Positions 40,674 to 50,289 are shown, counted from the first letter of the stretch. The stretch is 64,000 bases of DNA from an uncultured Armatimonadetes bacterium (GCA_963716175.1 OY970296.1:1293684-1357683), one strand, 5' to 3'. The notes: generated by a model from the sequence alone, not told the origin. Translations and numbers: made by a program.

Positions 40674-41165
40674 TCACCTCGACGAGGCCCTCGGGTTGCC
40701 CGCGTCTCCGGCATTGTTGAGCAGGTTCTGCAAGCACTGCTTTTCAGCGCCATACGCCGCTTCCTCGCTTGGGTACTCGTCGGCTTGCTCTCCGAAACCG
40801 TTATGGGCCTCACATTGCTGCCGATGGGTTGGTTCATGTGCGTTAACCAAGCACTCCTTCACACAGGCTTGCTCGGGTTTCAGCTGACGCCACGCGTCGC
40901 AGTAGAACGTCCCAGTCTTCACCTTCCACACGCCTGACTGGCTGCACTTCTGCTTCTCATACGCGCAGCAACATGCCGTGCACACGTACCAGCGACTGAC
41001 TGATCCACCCGGGTCGAACCAGTGCGCGAGTATCTGGTCGATCTCTCGGATGCGGGCATGGATGGCTTGCTGCTGGTGAGAGGAACGGTCATCAGTGCAC
41101 GTGGTAGGTTCGCACACGTCCTTGTCTGTCAAACACGACAAAGAGGATCTCCACAGCCAGATCAT
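40674..41165 (-). CDS. Cys-rich hypothetical protein; the start is uncertain and it overlaps the upstream gene.
   Basis: More than 14 Cys in about 150 aa; no clear start downstream of the upstream stop. Confidence 0.2.
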   Translation of the reverse strand: MIWLWRSSLSCLTDKDVCEPTTCTDDRSSHQQQAIHARIREIDQILAHWFDPGGSVSRWYVCTACCCAYEKQKCSQSGVWKVKTGTFYCDAWRQLKPEQACVKECLVNAHEPTHRQQCEAHNGFGEQADEYPSEEAAYGAEKQCLQNLLNNAGDAGNPRASSR

Positions 41166-41490
41166 GCAGTTCGTAAACCCAGACTTCATCCTCTTTTGAA
41201 GCGTTGAGCCTGACACCGTACTTGGCCTCGACGGCACCGGGCGACATCACGGACTCCGGCATCCCCAGCCTTGCGTGGATCTCACCCTGGGTGAATCCGG
41301 GCACGACCAAACGCTTAACGTGCGACCTCGCGAGCCGGGGCGAGATACGCCAGAGACAGAAAGAGTTCAGCCCCACCCACAAGATCGCCACGCTAATCAC
41401 CAGTGAGGTCGCGACTATCACTCGCCGCACCCACTTCGCTCGCCGTAACCCGTCGCCCCACCAACTCGATCCAGCGCTCTGTCGTGACAT
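41092..41490 (-). CDS. Membrane-anchored SmpA/OmlA (BamE)-like small protein.
   Basis: N-terminal TM helix; pattern GFTQGEIHARLGMPESV...WVYEL...ILFVVFDRQGRVRTY resembles the BamE fold consensus. Confidence 0.45.
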   Translation of the reverse strand: MSRQSAGSSWWGDGLRRAKWVRRVIVATSLVISVAILWVGLNSFCLWRISPRLARSHVKRLVVPGFTQGEIHARLGMPESVMSPGAVEAKYGVRLNASKEDEVWVYELHDLAVEILFVVFDRQGRVRTYHVH

Positions 41491-41909
41491 ACCTGCTACC
41501 CCCTAGCTGGACTGCACCCCTGGGCCTGGACAGAGCGGGGCAAGATGCGCCACCCTCTGATGAGGCGGGTTCGTGCTTCGCAGCGAAGCGCTCCTTCGCA
41601 GAGTAGCGTAGGAAACCACCTCGCTCTCGCCGCCGCCGGTGAGCTGCATGGTGGAGTGGCTAGACCTGCTGCGCAGGCCGCCATGGCGGTCTCTGACGGC
41701 GACATAGCCACCCAGGGCCTCCCCTCGACTCCGCTCGGGCCGGCCGTCACGGGAACCGGGGCCCGGCCGACGCGAATACTACGCTCACGCACAGGGAAAT
41801 ACAAGCACGGCTGCCGGCGCGCTGTAGCCGCCATAGCGCCTTAGGCGTAGCTATATGCCCGGCTCACGCCATGCAGCCCGGAGGACCCTCCTGAGGCGGG
41901 CAAGCCGGG

Positions 41910-41940
41910 CTCGCACAAAAGGGCGGGATGAATCCCGCCC
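41910..41940 (-). terminator. Rho-independent terminator downstream of the GT4 and manC/manB genes.
   Basis: Minus-strand read: GGGCGGGA-TTCA-TCCCGCCC followed by TTTTGTG. Confidence 0.65.
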
Positions 41941-44448
41941 CTACAGCTCGGCTTGCAGGCGCTGGATCTCCTGAGCGTATTGGTGCACCAGGGCGTCGGC
42001 GGTGGCCTGGTCGCGGCTCTCGGCGCGGACGTGGAAGACCGGGCCGGAGACATCGGGGAGCACCAGGGCCCAGCCCGCCGGGACGTGGATCTTGAGGCCG
42101 TCGAGCTGCTCCACGGAGAGGTCGCGGGTCTCCTCGTGCAGGCGTCTCATCACCAGGCCCTTCTGCTCCCAGGGGCAATCCACTTGCAGGTAGGCGCGGT
42201 AGTACCTGGGCACCCGCGCGCACACCTCGCCCAGCGTCTGACCGGTGACGGCGAGCAGCTCCAGCAGCTTGCCCAGGGCGAGCATGGCGTCGAACGCGGG
42301 CAGGAAGCGGGGGAAGATGAACCCGCCGTCAACGTCGCCGGCGAAGGTGAGCTCGGGATCGGTGCCGGCCGCCTCCATCAAGGAGCCGGCGTCGGCGCGG
42401 GTGCGGATGGCCTGGGCGTGATAGCGCTGGCAGACTTCCTCCACGCCGGAGGTGGCGCTGAACGGCACCGCGACCCGGGCGCCGGAGTCACCGCGCTGGA
42501 GCACCAGGTCCATGAAGCAGAGCAGCAGGTCATCGCTCATCACCCTGGCGCCGTGCTCGTCAACGGCGGCGAAGCGATCGCCGTGGCCGCCCACGAGGAG
42601 GCCGAGGTCGCCGTGCAGCGCGCGCACCACCTCGCCCAGCTCGCCGACGCGCTGCTCCCGCCTCACCCAGGCCTCGTGGGAGCGAGTGGGATCAACGAAG
42701 GCGTTGACCGCAGTGGACTCGCAGCCCAGGCGGCCCAGCACCAGGGGCATGAGCAGACAGAGGGGCCCGAAGGCGTAGTCCACCACCAGCTTGGGGGCGC
42801 GGCGGCGGATGGCGTCGGCGTCGAGGAAGTTGAGGAAGTCCTCGGTGTAGTACTCCACGGTGCGGCCCAGGAACTCGAGTCCTCCCACCGCCTCGCGCGG
42901 GGCGCGGCGGAAGTCCTGGCGAAAGAACATGTTCTCGATCTTGCGGGCGGCGGCGCGGGTGAGGTTCTTGCCACTGCCGTCGAAAAACTCAATCAGGGTC
43001 TGGGTAGGGTCCGAGGGCGACACTGAGACATGCACTCCGCCAGCCGCGCCCGAGATGTCCGCCATGTGGCGGGCGACGGCGCCGGGCATGGTGCGCAGGT
43101 CGAGCACATTGGCGCCTACCGACATCAACCCCGAGATCATGGCCCGCTTGACCATGCGGGAGGTGAGGTGGGAATCGCGGCTGGTGATCACCTGCGCGCC
43201 GGCCGGCAGGTAGGCCCCATAGGCGGCGGCCAGCCCGGCCGCGAACTCGGGGGTGATCTCCACATTGGCGAGGCCGCTGACGCCGCTGGCGCCAAACAGC
43301 GTGCCCGGCCACTTGGTCCCCCAGATCAGGCTCATGGTGACCTTGGAGCCGCGGTCGGTGACTTTGTCGGGCCAGATGCGGATATGGGGCATGACCACCG
43401 TGCCCTCCTCCAGCAGGCATCGGTCGCCCACCACCGCACCTTCATTGATGGTGACGTGGCGCTTGGCGACCACGTTGCGGCAGACGGTGGCGGCGTTGAG
43501 CCGGCTGCCCGCGCCCAGGTAGGTCCCGCTCCAGACCACAGAACGGGTCACCACGGCGCCGGCCTCGACTACGCAGTTATCGCCTATGATGGAGTAGGGG
43601 CCGATCTGCGCCTCAGCACCAATGCTGCAGCCATGGCCGATGAGCACCGGCGGCAGCAGGCGGGCGGCGTGATCAACCGCAGTGGCCCTGCCCACCCAGA
43701 CCCCGTCGGCCAACCTTTCGCCGGGGAGATCCACCGCCACCGCGGCTCGCAGGCAGTCGTGATTGGCGGCGCGGTACTGCTCGAGGTTGCCGACATCGGT
43801 CCAGTAGCCCTCGGCGACATAGCCGCAGAGGAGCTGGCCTTCATCCAAGAGGGCCGGAAAGAGATTCTGGCTGAAATCGAAGGGCCGCTCGGGGTTCACC
43901 CGGTGAAGCACTTCCGGCTCCAGGATATAGATGCCAGTATTGACCGTATCGGAGAACACCTCCCCAGCGCTGGGCTTCTCCAGGAAGTGGCGCACTCTGC
44001 CATCGGGATCGGTGATCACCACTCCGTACTCCAAAGGGTTGGGCACCCGTGTGAGCACGAGGGTGGCGGCGGCCCCCCGCTGTTGGTGGAACTCGATGGC
44101 CGGGCGGAGGTCGAAGTCGGTGAGGGCGTCGCCGCTGATGACGAGGAAGGTGCCGCCCAGTTTGTCCATCAGCCGACGCACGCTGCCAGCAGTGCCCAGA
44201 GGGATATCCTCGACCGCGTAGGAGAGCTGCATGCCCCACTCCGCGCCGTCCTCGAAGTAGCTCTCCACCTCATCGGCGAGATAGTGGAGGGTGGCGAAGG
44301 CCTGGGTGACCCCGAGCCGCGCTAGCAGTGACATGATGTGGGCCATGATGGGCCGGTTGGCCACCGGGGCCATGGGCTTGGGGAGATCACAGGTGAGGGG
44401 CCTGAGTCTAGCCCCTTCACCTCCTGCCATCACTACCGCTGGGATCAT
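41941..44448 (-). CDS. Bifunctional mannose-1-phosphate guanylyltransferase / phosphomannomutase (NTP-transferase + LbH + PGM/PMM domains).
   Basis: N-terminal GGEGARLRPLT nucleotidyltransferase motif; hexapeptide repeats; C-terminal PGM/PMM domains. Confidence 0.85.
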   Translation of the reverse strand: MIPAVVMAGGEGARLRPLTCDLPKPMAPVANRPIMAHIMSLLARLGVTQAFATLHYLADEVESYFEDGAEWGMQLSYAVEDIPLGTAGSVRRLMDKLGGTFLVISGDALTDFDLRPAIEFHQQRGAAATLVLTRVPNPLEYGVVITDPDGRVRHFLEKPSAGEVFSDTVNTGIYILEPEVLHRVNPERPFDFSQNLFPALLDEGQLLCGYVAEGYWTDVGNLEQYRAANHDCLRAAVAVDLPGERLADGVWVGRATAVDHAARLLPPVLIGHGCSIGAEAQIGPYSIIGDNCVVEAGAVVTRSVVWSGTYLGAGSRLNAATVCRNVVAKRHVTINEGAVVGDRCLLEEGTVVMPHIRIWPDKVTDRGSKVTMSLIWGTKWPGTLFGASGVSGLANVEITPEFAAGLAAAYGAYLPAGAQVITSRDSHLTSRMVKRAMISGLMSVGANVLDLRTMPGAVARHMADISGAAGGVHVSVSPSDPTQTLIEFFDGSGKNLTRAAARKIENMFFRQDFRRAPREAVGGLEFLGRTVEYYTEDFLNFLDADAIRRRAPKLVVDYAFGPLCLLMPLVLGRLGCESTAVNAFVDPTRSHEAWVRREQRVGELGEVVRALHGDLGLLVGGHGDRFAAVDEHGARVMSDDLLLCFMDLVLQRGDSGARVAVPFSATSGVEEVCQRYHAQAIRTRADAGSLMEAAGTDPELTFAGDVDGGFIFPRFLPAFDAMLALGKLLELLAVTGQTLGEVCARVPRYYRAYLQVDCPWEQKGLVMRRLHEETRDLSVEQLDGLKIHVPAGWALVLPDVSGPVFHVRAESRDQATADALVHQYAQEIQRLQAEL

Positions 44449-44465
44449 GGCTTCAGCCCCCTTTT

Positions 44466-45752
44466 TCAGCTTCGATCTGGAGTTTCGTCAGACATGAGAT
44501 AGCGAGGCCGGATACCGGGTCCGGCGGCTGGGGCGGCGAGGCGGGCGGCGGCCCGCTCGGATTGGCTCACGACTTCCTGGTAGATGGCGAGAGTTTGCCT
44601 GGCGATGCCGTCCCATTGGAAGCGCTGCTCTACTTCGCGGCGGGCGGCGCGGCGGAGACGATTGGCCAGGGCCGGATCGGAGAGCACGAGATTGATGCCC
44701 CAGGCCAAGGAGTGAGGGTTGTTCGCCCAGGTCTGAAGGCCGGTCTGGCGGTGGCGAACGACCTCGCGGAAGCCGCCGATGTCGGAGGTGACCAGGGGCA
44801 CGCCGGCCGCCATCGCCTCCAGGGCGACGATGCCGAAGGGTTCGTACAGGCTGGGCAGGGCGACAACATCAGCGACGGCATAGAGGCGAGGGAGATCCTC
44901 CTCTGGCAGGAAACCAGTGAAGGCAACCTTGTGGCCCAGACCCAGGCCAGCGGCGCGCTCCCGGAGATGGCCCTGCCAGCCCCCGCCTGCCACCACGAGC
45001 TTGGCCTCGGGATGGGCCGCGATCACCTCCGGCATGGCCTCTATCAGCACCTCCACGCCCTTCTCCCGCACCAACCGCCCCACGAAGAGCACGATCTTCT
45101 CTCTCGACCCGGCCCAGCGGGCGCGGAACCCGGCCAGCTCCCTCGGGCGGTCGGCGCACTGGAGGCGGGCGGGATCCACACCGTTGGGCACCACGCAAAC
45201 CTTGTCCGCCGGCACCCTCAGGCCCGAGGTTAGCTCCCCGGAGGTGGCCTGAGAGCAGCAAATGACCCGCCAGGCATCGTAAGTCAGGAGCCATTCCAGG
45301 GAGTGGATGTAGCTCTGGAGCGGGGTATGGATGCCCTGATTGCGCCCGGCCTCGGTGGCGTGGATGGTGGCCACCAGGGGAAGGCGCTGGCTGTGTTTGA
45401 GGGTGCGGGCGGCGAAGGTCACCAGCCAATCGTGGGCGTGAACCAGGTCGTAGCTGACCTCCCCCTCCCCCAGGATGCGCTCCAGCAGGAGGAAGTTGAG
45501 CTGATGGATATCGGAGATGAAGTCCAGGGGGTTCACAGGGTTGGGCCGGGCGCGGAGCACCCGGACCTCCCCTTCCCCTGAGGGGATGATCTCCAGCTCG
45601 GGGGCGCCGGCGTGGTGTGCGGTGACCACGTCCACCGTGACCCCCGTGGCGGCCAGCGCGCAAGAAAGCTCGCCCACATGGCGGGCAATGCCCCCAATGA
45701 TGCGCGGGGGAAACTCCCAAGAGAGCATCAGGACGCGCGTGGGCGGCTCCAC
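44466..45752 (-). CDS. GT4-family glycosyltransferase.
   Basis: GT-B GT4 pattern (EFPPRIIGGIARHV...; C-terminal EPFGIVALEAMAAGVPLV). Confidence 0.85.
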   Translation of the reverse strand: MEPPTRVLMLSWEFPPRIIGGIARHVGELSCALAATGVTVDVVTAHHAGAPELEIIPSGEGEVRVLRARPNPVNPLDFISDIHQLNFLLLERILGEGEVSYDLVHAHDWLVTFAARTLKHSQRLPLVATIHATEAGRNQGIHTPLQSYIHSLEWLLTYDAWRVICCSQATSGELTSGLRVPADKVCVVPNGVDPARLQCADRPRELAGFRARWAGSREKIVLFVGRLVREKGVEVLIEAMPEVIAAHPEAKLVVAGGGWQGHLRERAAGLGLGHKVAFTGFLPEEDLPRLYAVADVVALPSLYEPFGIVALEAMAAGVPLVTSDIGGFREVVRHRQTGLQTWANNPHSLAWGINLVLSDPALANRLRRAARREVEQRFQWDGIARQTLAIYQEVVSQSERAAARLAAPAAGPGIRPRYLMSDETPDRS

Positions 45753-45930
45753 CTCTCACTGTCTCCTTTGCCGCCCCGCCGCGTGAGTGCAGGAGGCGCA
45801 CCAGCGCCGGCCCACTCGCTGCCACCGGCCGCAGCGGGCACAGCGGCGCCAGCCGGTGTCCTTGCGCCACTGCGAGATGCGGGCGAGGGAGAGGAAGGCG
45901 CGCTCTGCCCGGGCGCGGAGCTGGGGGTCC

Positions 45931-46359
45931 TCAATGTGGGCGGCCGCCTCCGCGATCTGGCGCTGTTGGCGGCCGGAGAGCCTGAGTTCCCGCGGGGCGA
46001 GGCTGAGCCGGCCGGGCTCGGCGAACCTGCCGGGCCCCGCCCGCGCGAAAGTGAATGTCTCGGATCAGGCCCGGTCCGATCCGCTGGGCCACCCGGCCCA
46101 GCAGCTCCTGGCGGCGCATGTGCAGCTCCTGGGCCCAGGGCGAGGAGTCGGCGGAGATGATCAGGACGCCGTCTCTCACCGCCTCAGCCCGGGTGTGAGA
46201 GCTGACCACCTGGCCGGCGATCTCAGGCCAGGCGAGGACCACCTGATGTTCGCGGAAATGGGACCTGAGATTCAGATTGGCCAGCACGCCTTCCAACAGG
46301 CGGCTCAGAGGGGCTTCGCCCCTGGGCTTTGCCGTCGTCGGTTGAGACGAGCTATCCAT
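45931..46359 (-). CDS. dciA: DUF721/DciA-like protein (putative replicative helicase loader).
   Basis: LAWPEIAG...GVLIISADSSPWAQELHMRRQELL matches the DUF721 pattern; conserved position next to dnaN. Confidence 0.6.
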   Translation of the reverse strand: MDSSSQPTTAKPRGEAPLSRLLEGVLANLNLRSHFREHQVVLAWPEIAGQVVSSHTRAEAVRDGVLIISADSSPWAQELHMRRQELLGRVAQRIGPGLIRDIHFRAGGARQVRRARPAQPRPAGTQALRPPTAPDRGGGRPH

Positions 46360-46696
46360 TGCCTATCTCAGATGCGGCTGCCGCCTGCCGCGGCGAGCGC
46401 GGGATGTCGGCGACGTCAGCGCGGGTGACGATGACCTGCTCGCAGCGCCGACTCGAGATGGTTGAAGATGTTTTCCGCCACGCGGCAGCGCTCCTCCCGG
46501 AAGGGCCTGGTGTTTTGTTCACTCCGCGCTGCAACGGAGGGGCACTAGTCGAGCAAAAGGTCCGCATCGTGTGCCTGGCCTTGACAGTCAGGGTGGAGGG
46601 AAGGGCAGAAGGTTCCTCCTGCCCTTCCGCGTCTCGTGCGAAGCACAACACGATTTGCGAGACCTGCGTAATCCGCGGACGACTCTGTCAGCTGCG

Positions 46697-47815
46697 CTAC
46701 AGCCGCATTGGCATCACGACGTAGATATACTCGGGGTCGTCGGAGCGCTTGAGCAGGCCGGGGCTCTCGGGTCCGCTGAGCTGCCAGACTACGCTGTCCG
46801 AGTCCATAATGCCCAAGGCATCGGTTAGATACTCGGCATTGAACGCGATCTCAATCGCCTCTCCCTCGAGGGTCGCGGCCAGCTCTTCGTAGGCGCGGCC
46901 CACGTCCCCGCTCTCCGCGCTGATGGTCAGGGTCCCGTCGCCGGTGCGGAAGGTGAGCTTGCTCGCCTCGCTGCGCGCGACGATCGCGGCGCGCTTGATT
47001 GCGCCCAGGAGCTGCTCACGGTTGACGGTGATCCTGCGATCGGGCTCCGACGCCAGCAGCCGGCTGTAGTTCGGGAATTGCCCCTCGATCAGCCGGGAGA
47101 TCAGGATATAGGGCCCGACCTGGAACATCATCTGCTGCTCGCCCCCGCGTATCTTCACCGGCGTCTCTTCCGCTCCTGGATCCAGCATGCGATTCAGCTC
47201 CTGGAGGGCGCGGGCTGGGACGATGGCCTGCCACTTGTCTTCCGACCCGAGCAGCTTGGCCTGGTCGGAGGCAGCAGTCTTCACCGCCAGGCGATAGCTG
47301 TCAGTAGCCACCATCTTGAGGCTTTCCCCATCCCTTTCCAGCAGCACGCCCGTGAGGATCGCCCTGGTCTCGTCCCGAGAGGCGGCGAAGATGCTGCTGC
47401 GGATCAGGTCACGCATGCCGGCCTGGCTCACCTCCACCGCGATGTCCCCTGTCACTTCGGGCAGCGCGGGGTACTCCTCGGCCGGAAGGCCATGGATAGT
47501 GTATTGCGACCGCTCACAGCGCAGCTCCAGCAGCGCGCGATCCTGGCTCTGCATTTCAACGGTAGCGTCCGGGAGGCTGGCCACAACGTCTCCCAGGACC
47601 CGCGCGGGCACCGTGAGGGCCCCGGCTTCCTCGGTCTGAATGGGCACCGCGCTCTGGGCGCCGATCTCCATGTCGTAGGCCACTATCCGCAGGTCCCCGC
47701 CTTTGGCCTCAAGCAGGAGATTGCTGAGAATGGGCAGAGTGGTGCGCCCGGACACCACCCTGCTGACATGCTGCAGGGCTTCGTGGAGAACCCTTCGATT
47801 GCAGGTCAGTTTCAT
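46697..47815 (-). CDS. dnaN: DNA polymerase III beta sliding clamp.
   Basis: Full DnaN from MKLTCNRRVLHEAL. The ORF-track 132-aa N-terminal extension crosses the AT-rich origin region and was rejected. Confidence 0.9.
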   Translation of the reverse strand: MKLTCNRRVLHEALQHVSRVVSGRTTLPILSNLLLEAKGGDLRIVAYDMEIGAQSAVPIQTEEAGALTVPARVLGDVVASLPDATVEMQSQDRALLELRCERSQYTIHGLPAEEYPALPEVTGDIAVEVSQAGMRDLIRSSIFAASRDETRAILTGVLLERDGESLKMVATDSYRLAVKTAASDQAKLLGSEDKWQAIVPARALQELNRMLDPGAEETPVKIRGGEQQMMFQVGPYILISRLIEGQFPNYSRLLASEPDRRITVNREQLLGAIKRAAIVARSEASKLTFRTGDGTLTISAESGDVGRAYEELAATLEGEAIEIAFNAEYLTDALGIMDSDSVVWQLSGPESPGLLKRSDDPEYIYVVMPMRL

Positions 47816-48342
47816 CGTCGCTCTCCCTGTGGCAGTGCCGCCACGGTCGCCTACCTGTTCGCTCCTCCCCGGCCAATTCCTTTCCCAACCCAGACCGGTC
47901 CAACCACCTCGTTCCCAGCCAGACCAGCCGACGTTGCTGGAGAAGGTCCGTCGTTCCCCAGAGGAGGTACAGGTCTTGTGGAGCCGAGAGTTGGGGATGG
48001 AGTAGTAGCTGTACTTAGAGAGATAATAATAATAATGATAAGGGCTGTGGATCAGGTGAAAACCACAGGGTAACCCGATGAAGTGGGCGGTTGTTATCCC
48101 CTGGCTGAAGAAGGAAGGCTGCGGATGGTTGTTGATAGAGTGAGCGGTGGCTAGCCGAGAGGTCCGGATTCCCGTGCCTGGCCCGGTGATGCACTTGTTG
48201 TCCACAGGCAAAGGCTAGAGCGCATTTCATAACCTCCCTGCTGGCTGGCCGCACCACGCCCTCGCATGAAATGCGCCTGCCACGGCCTGACGTTGTGCAG
48301 TGCTGTTTCATAACCTCCCCTGGGAAGGTTATGAAACAGCTG
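47816..48342. promoter_or_regulatory. oriC: oriC candidate in the dnaA-dnaN spacer.
   Basis: DnaA-box-like 9-mers TGTGGATCA (48046-48054), TTATCCCCT (48094-48102), TTGTCCACA (48197-48205). AT-rich tract gagataataataataatgataag at 48018-48043. R1 repeat copy 2 sits at 48215-48340. Confidence 0.55.
48215..48340 (+). repeat. R1 structured repeat, copy 2, within the dnaA-dnaN spacer.
   Basis: About 96% identical over 126 bp to 6951-7076. Confidence 0.85.
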
Positions 48343-49710
48343 CTAGCCTTCGGTACGGAGCCTGGCGCCCAGCTCGTTGATCAGCGCTTGCACAGAGCTG
48401 TCCTGCATCTGCTGTCTGATCTTGGTGCAGGCGTGAATGACGGTGGAGTGGTCTTTGCCCCCGAAAGCGCGGGCGATGCTGGGGAAGGAGGCACTAAGCA
48501 GCTCGCGGCAGAGGTACATGGCAATCTGGCGGGCATGGACCACGTCCTGGGTGCGGGTCCGCGCGACCAGCTCGGCGATGGTGAAGTTGAAGTGCTCGGC
48601 CACCAGTTGCTGGACGCGGCTGATGCTGAGGGGTTGTTGGTGGTCCTCGAGAGAGTGATCCCGGAGCTGCTCCGCGGCGAGGGAGAGAGTGATCTCGGCG
48701 TGGGTGAGAGAGGCGGCGGCCAGCACCTTGATGAGGGCACCCTCCAGCACCCGGATATTGGACTTCACCACCTTGGCGATATAGCGAAGGACCTCGTCCG
48801 GGACGGGGATGCTCTCCGCTTGGGCCCTACGGGCGAGGATGGCCAGTCGGGTTTCCATATCCGGCGGCTTGATATCAGCGATCAGCCCCCACTCAAAGCG
48901 AGAGCGGAGCCGGTCGTCCATGATCTGGAGGTCCTTCGGGGGGCGGTCGCTGGTGATGACGACCTGGCGGCCGGTCTCGTAGAGCGTGTTGAAGACCTGG
49001 AAGAACTCGGATTCGGTGCGCTCCTTGGCGGCGATGAACTGAATATCGTCCACCAGCCAGAGGTCCACCTCGCGATACTTCTTGCGGAACGTACCGAAGC
49101 GATCGTCCCGAATGGAGGAGACGACGTGAAAGGTGAAGGTATCGCCGGAGACGTACTGGACGCGAAGGCCGGGATGCTTGGCTGCGCTGTGATGGCCGAT
49201 GGCCTGCATGAGGTGAGTCTTGCCCAGGCCCACGCCGCCATAGAGGAAGAGGGGATTATAGGAGTCGCCGGGCTGGTTCGCGACCGCGAGCGCGGCGGCC
49301 TGAGCAAACTGATTCCCCTTGCCCACCACGAAGTTCTCGAAAGTGTACTTGGGATTGAGGGGAGTGGTGAGGAGGGCCTCGCTCTCACCGCGGGAGCCGG
49401 AGGCCGGGGGCCGCCTGCGGCGGGGCACCTGCTCTTCGAGGGCGAGGTCGAGCTGGGCGAGTTCGAAGTGCGCTTTCAGGGGTCGGCCCACCACTTGCTC
49501 GAGGGCGGCCTCGATGGCCTTGAGGCCATTCTTCTGGAGCCAGTCGCGCGCGAACTCACTGCCGACGGAAAGCTCGAAGGTGTCCTGACCGAGGACCTCG
49601 GGACGTACGTGCTTGATAGAACTCCCGAAAGAGGGGCGAGAAAGCTTGCTGCCCAGCGCCCTTAGCACCTGCTCCCACACCTGCTGCACCGACGGCTGCG
49701 ACTCCCGCAT
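48343..49710 (-). CDS. dnaA: Chromosomal replication initiator DnaA.
   Basis: AAA+ Walker A GGVGLGKTHL, Walker B LWLVDDIQF, C-terminal DNA-binding domain. Confidence 0.95.
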   Translation of the reverse strand: MRESQPSVQQVWEQVLRALGSKLSRPSFGSSIKHVRPEVLGQDTFELSVGSEFARDWLQKNGLKAIEAALEQVVGRPLKAHFELAQLDLALEEQVPRRRRPPASGSRGESEALLTTPLNPKYTFENFVVGKGNQFAQAAALAVANQPGDSYNPLFLYGGVGLGKTHLMQAIGHHSAAKHPGLRVQYVSGDTFTFHVVSSIRDDRFGTFRKKYREVDLWLVDDIQFIAAKERTESEFFQVFNTLYETGRQVVITSDRPPKDLQIMDDRLRSRFEWGLIADIKPPDMETRLAILARRAQAESIPVPDEVLRYIAKVVKSNIRVLEGALIKVLAAASLTHAEITLSLAAEQLRDHSLEDHQQPLSISRVQQLVAEHFNFTIAELVARTRTQDVVHARQIAMYLCRELLSASFPSIARAFGGKDHSTVIHACTKIRQQMQDSSVQALINELGARLRTEG

Positions 49711-50006
49711 GCCTCCCCCTTGTCCGACTGGTGCGAGCCGCCCGCTCGCCCAGCGCTCGGCGGTACCGGCCAGAATCAGAACCGGAGGCCAGAGTCGGAG
49801 ATGGGAGCCCAGCCCGCGCGGGCCGGAGGGCGCAATCCCCAGGACACAGATCGGCTGTGGATTGGCTGCGCAAGCCTAGATGTTGGACAGGGAAAAAGAT
49901 GCGATAATTGCTGGCTTTTTACGGGTCAGCCTTCAGGCCCTCGCCCTCTGCAAAACCCGGTATCATGTGCGGGCCCCGATGGAGTCAGGCACCAGGCTAG
50001 CCTAAC

Positions 50007-50037
50007 AATCCACAACACTATCAACACCTGTGGATAA
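50007..50037. promoter_or_regulatory. Cluster of DnaA boxes upstream of dnaA: AATCCACAA, CTATCAACA and a perfect TGTGGATAA.
   Basis: Seen directly. A second AT-rich stretch follows at 50120-50160 (gagtttttttgccctacaaagtgatcgctagtatagc). Confidence 0.6.
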
Positions 50038-50289
50038 CTTCCCCGACCCTCACGGGCACCCTCATAACTCACCCAAATCCGACGGCGCGGACTATAGCAT
50101 ACTGCCCACTCATTGGCAAGAGTTTTTTTGCCCTACAAAGTGATCGCTAGTATAGCTAGCAGGCGCCCACTATGTCATCGTTTGCGATCACCGCGCGCGA
50201 GCAGGTGAGCAGCAAGAGACATGGTAGAAGAAAGCGCGCACGCGCAATCTTACCGCGCACGTTGGTACCGCGCAAGAGGAGGCCGCGAA

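Noticed and set aside
41824-41905. Possible third, degenerate R3-like copy upstream of the manC/manB-gene terminator
   Set aside because: Similarity is patchy (ggctcacgcc, cgcccctacag) and could be chance in GC-rich DNA. The adjacent hairpin is better explained as the manC/manB-gene intrinsic terminator.
41953-44325. Two long plus-strand ORFs (357 aa and 431 aa)
   Set aside because: Antisense to the manC/manB fusion gene.
47816-48211. N-terminal 132-aa extension of dnaN in the ORF track
   Set aside because: Crosses the AT-rich tract and DnaA boxes with a Tyr/Ser-rich nonsense translation; the canonical DnaN N-terminus MKLTCNRR starts at 47815.
48271-49665. 464-aa plus-strand ORF
   Set aside because: Antisense to dnaA; its start lies in the R1 repeat.
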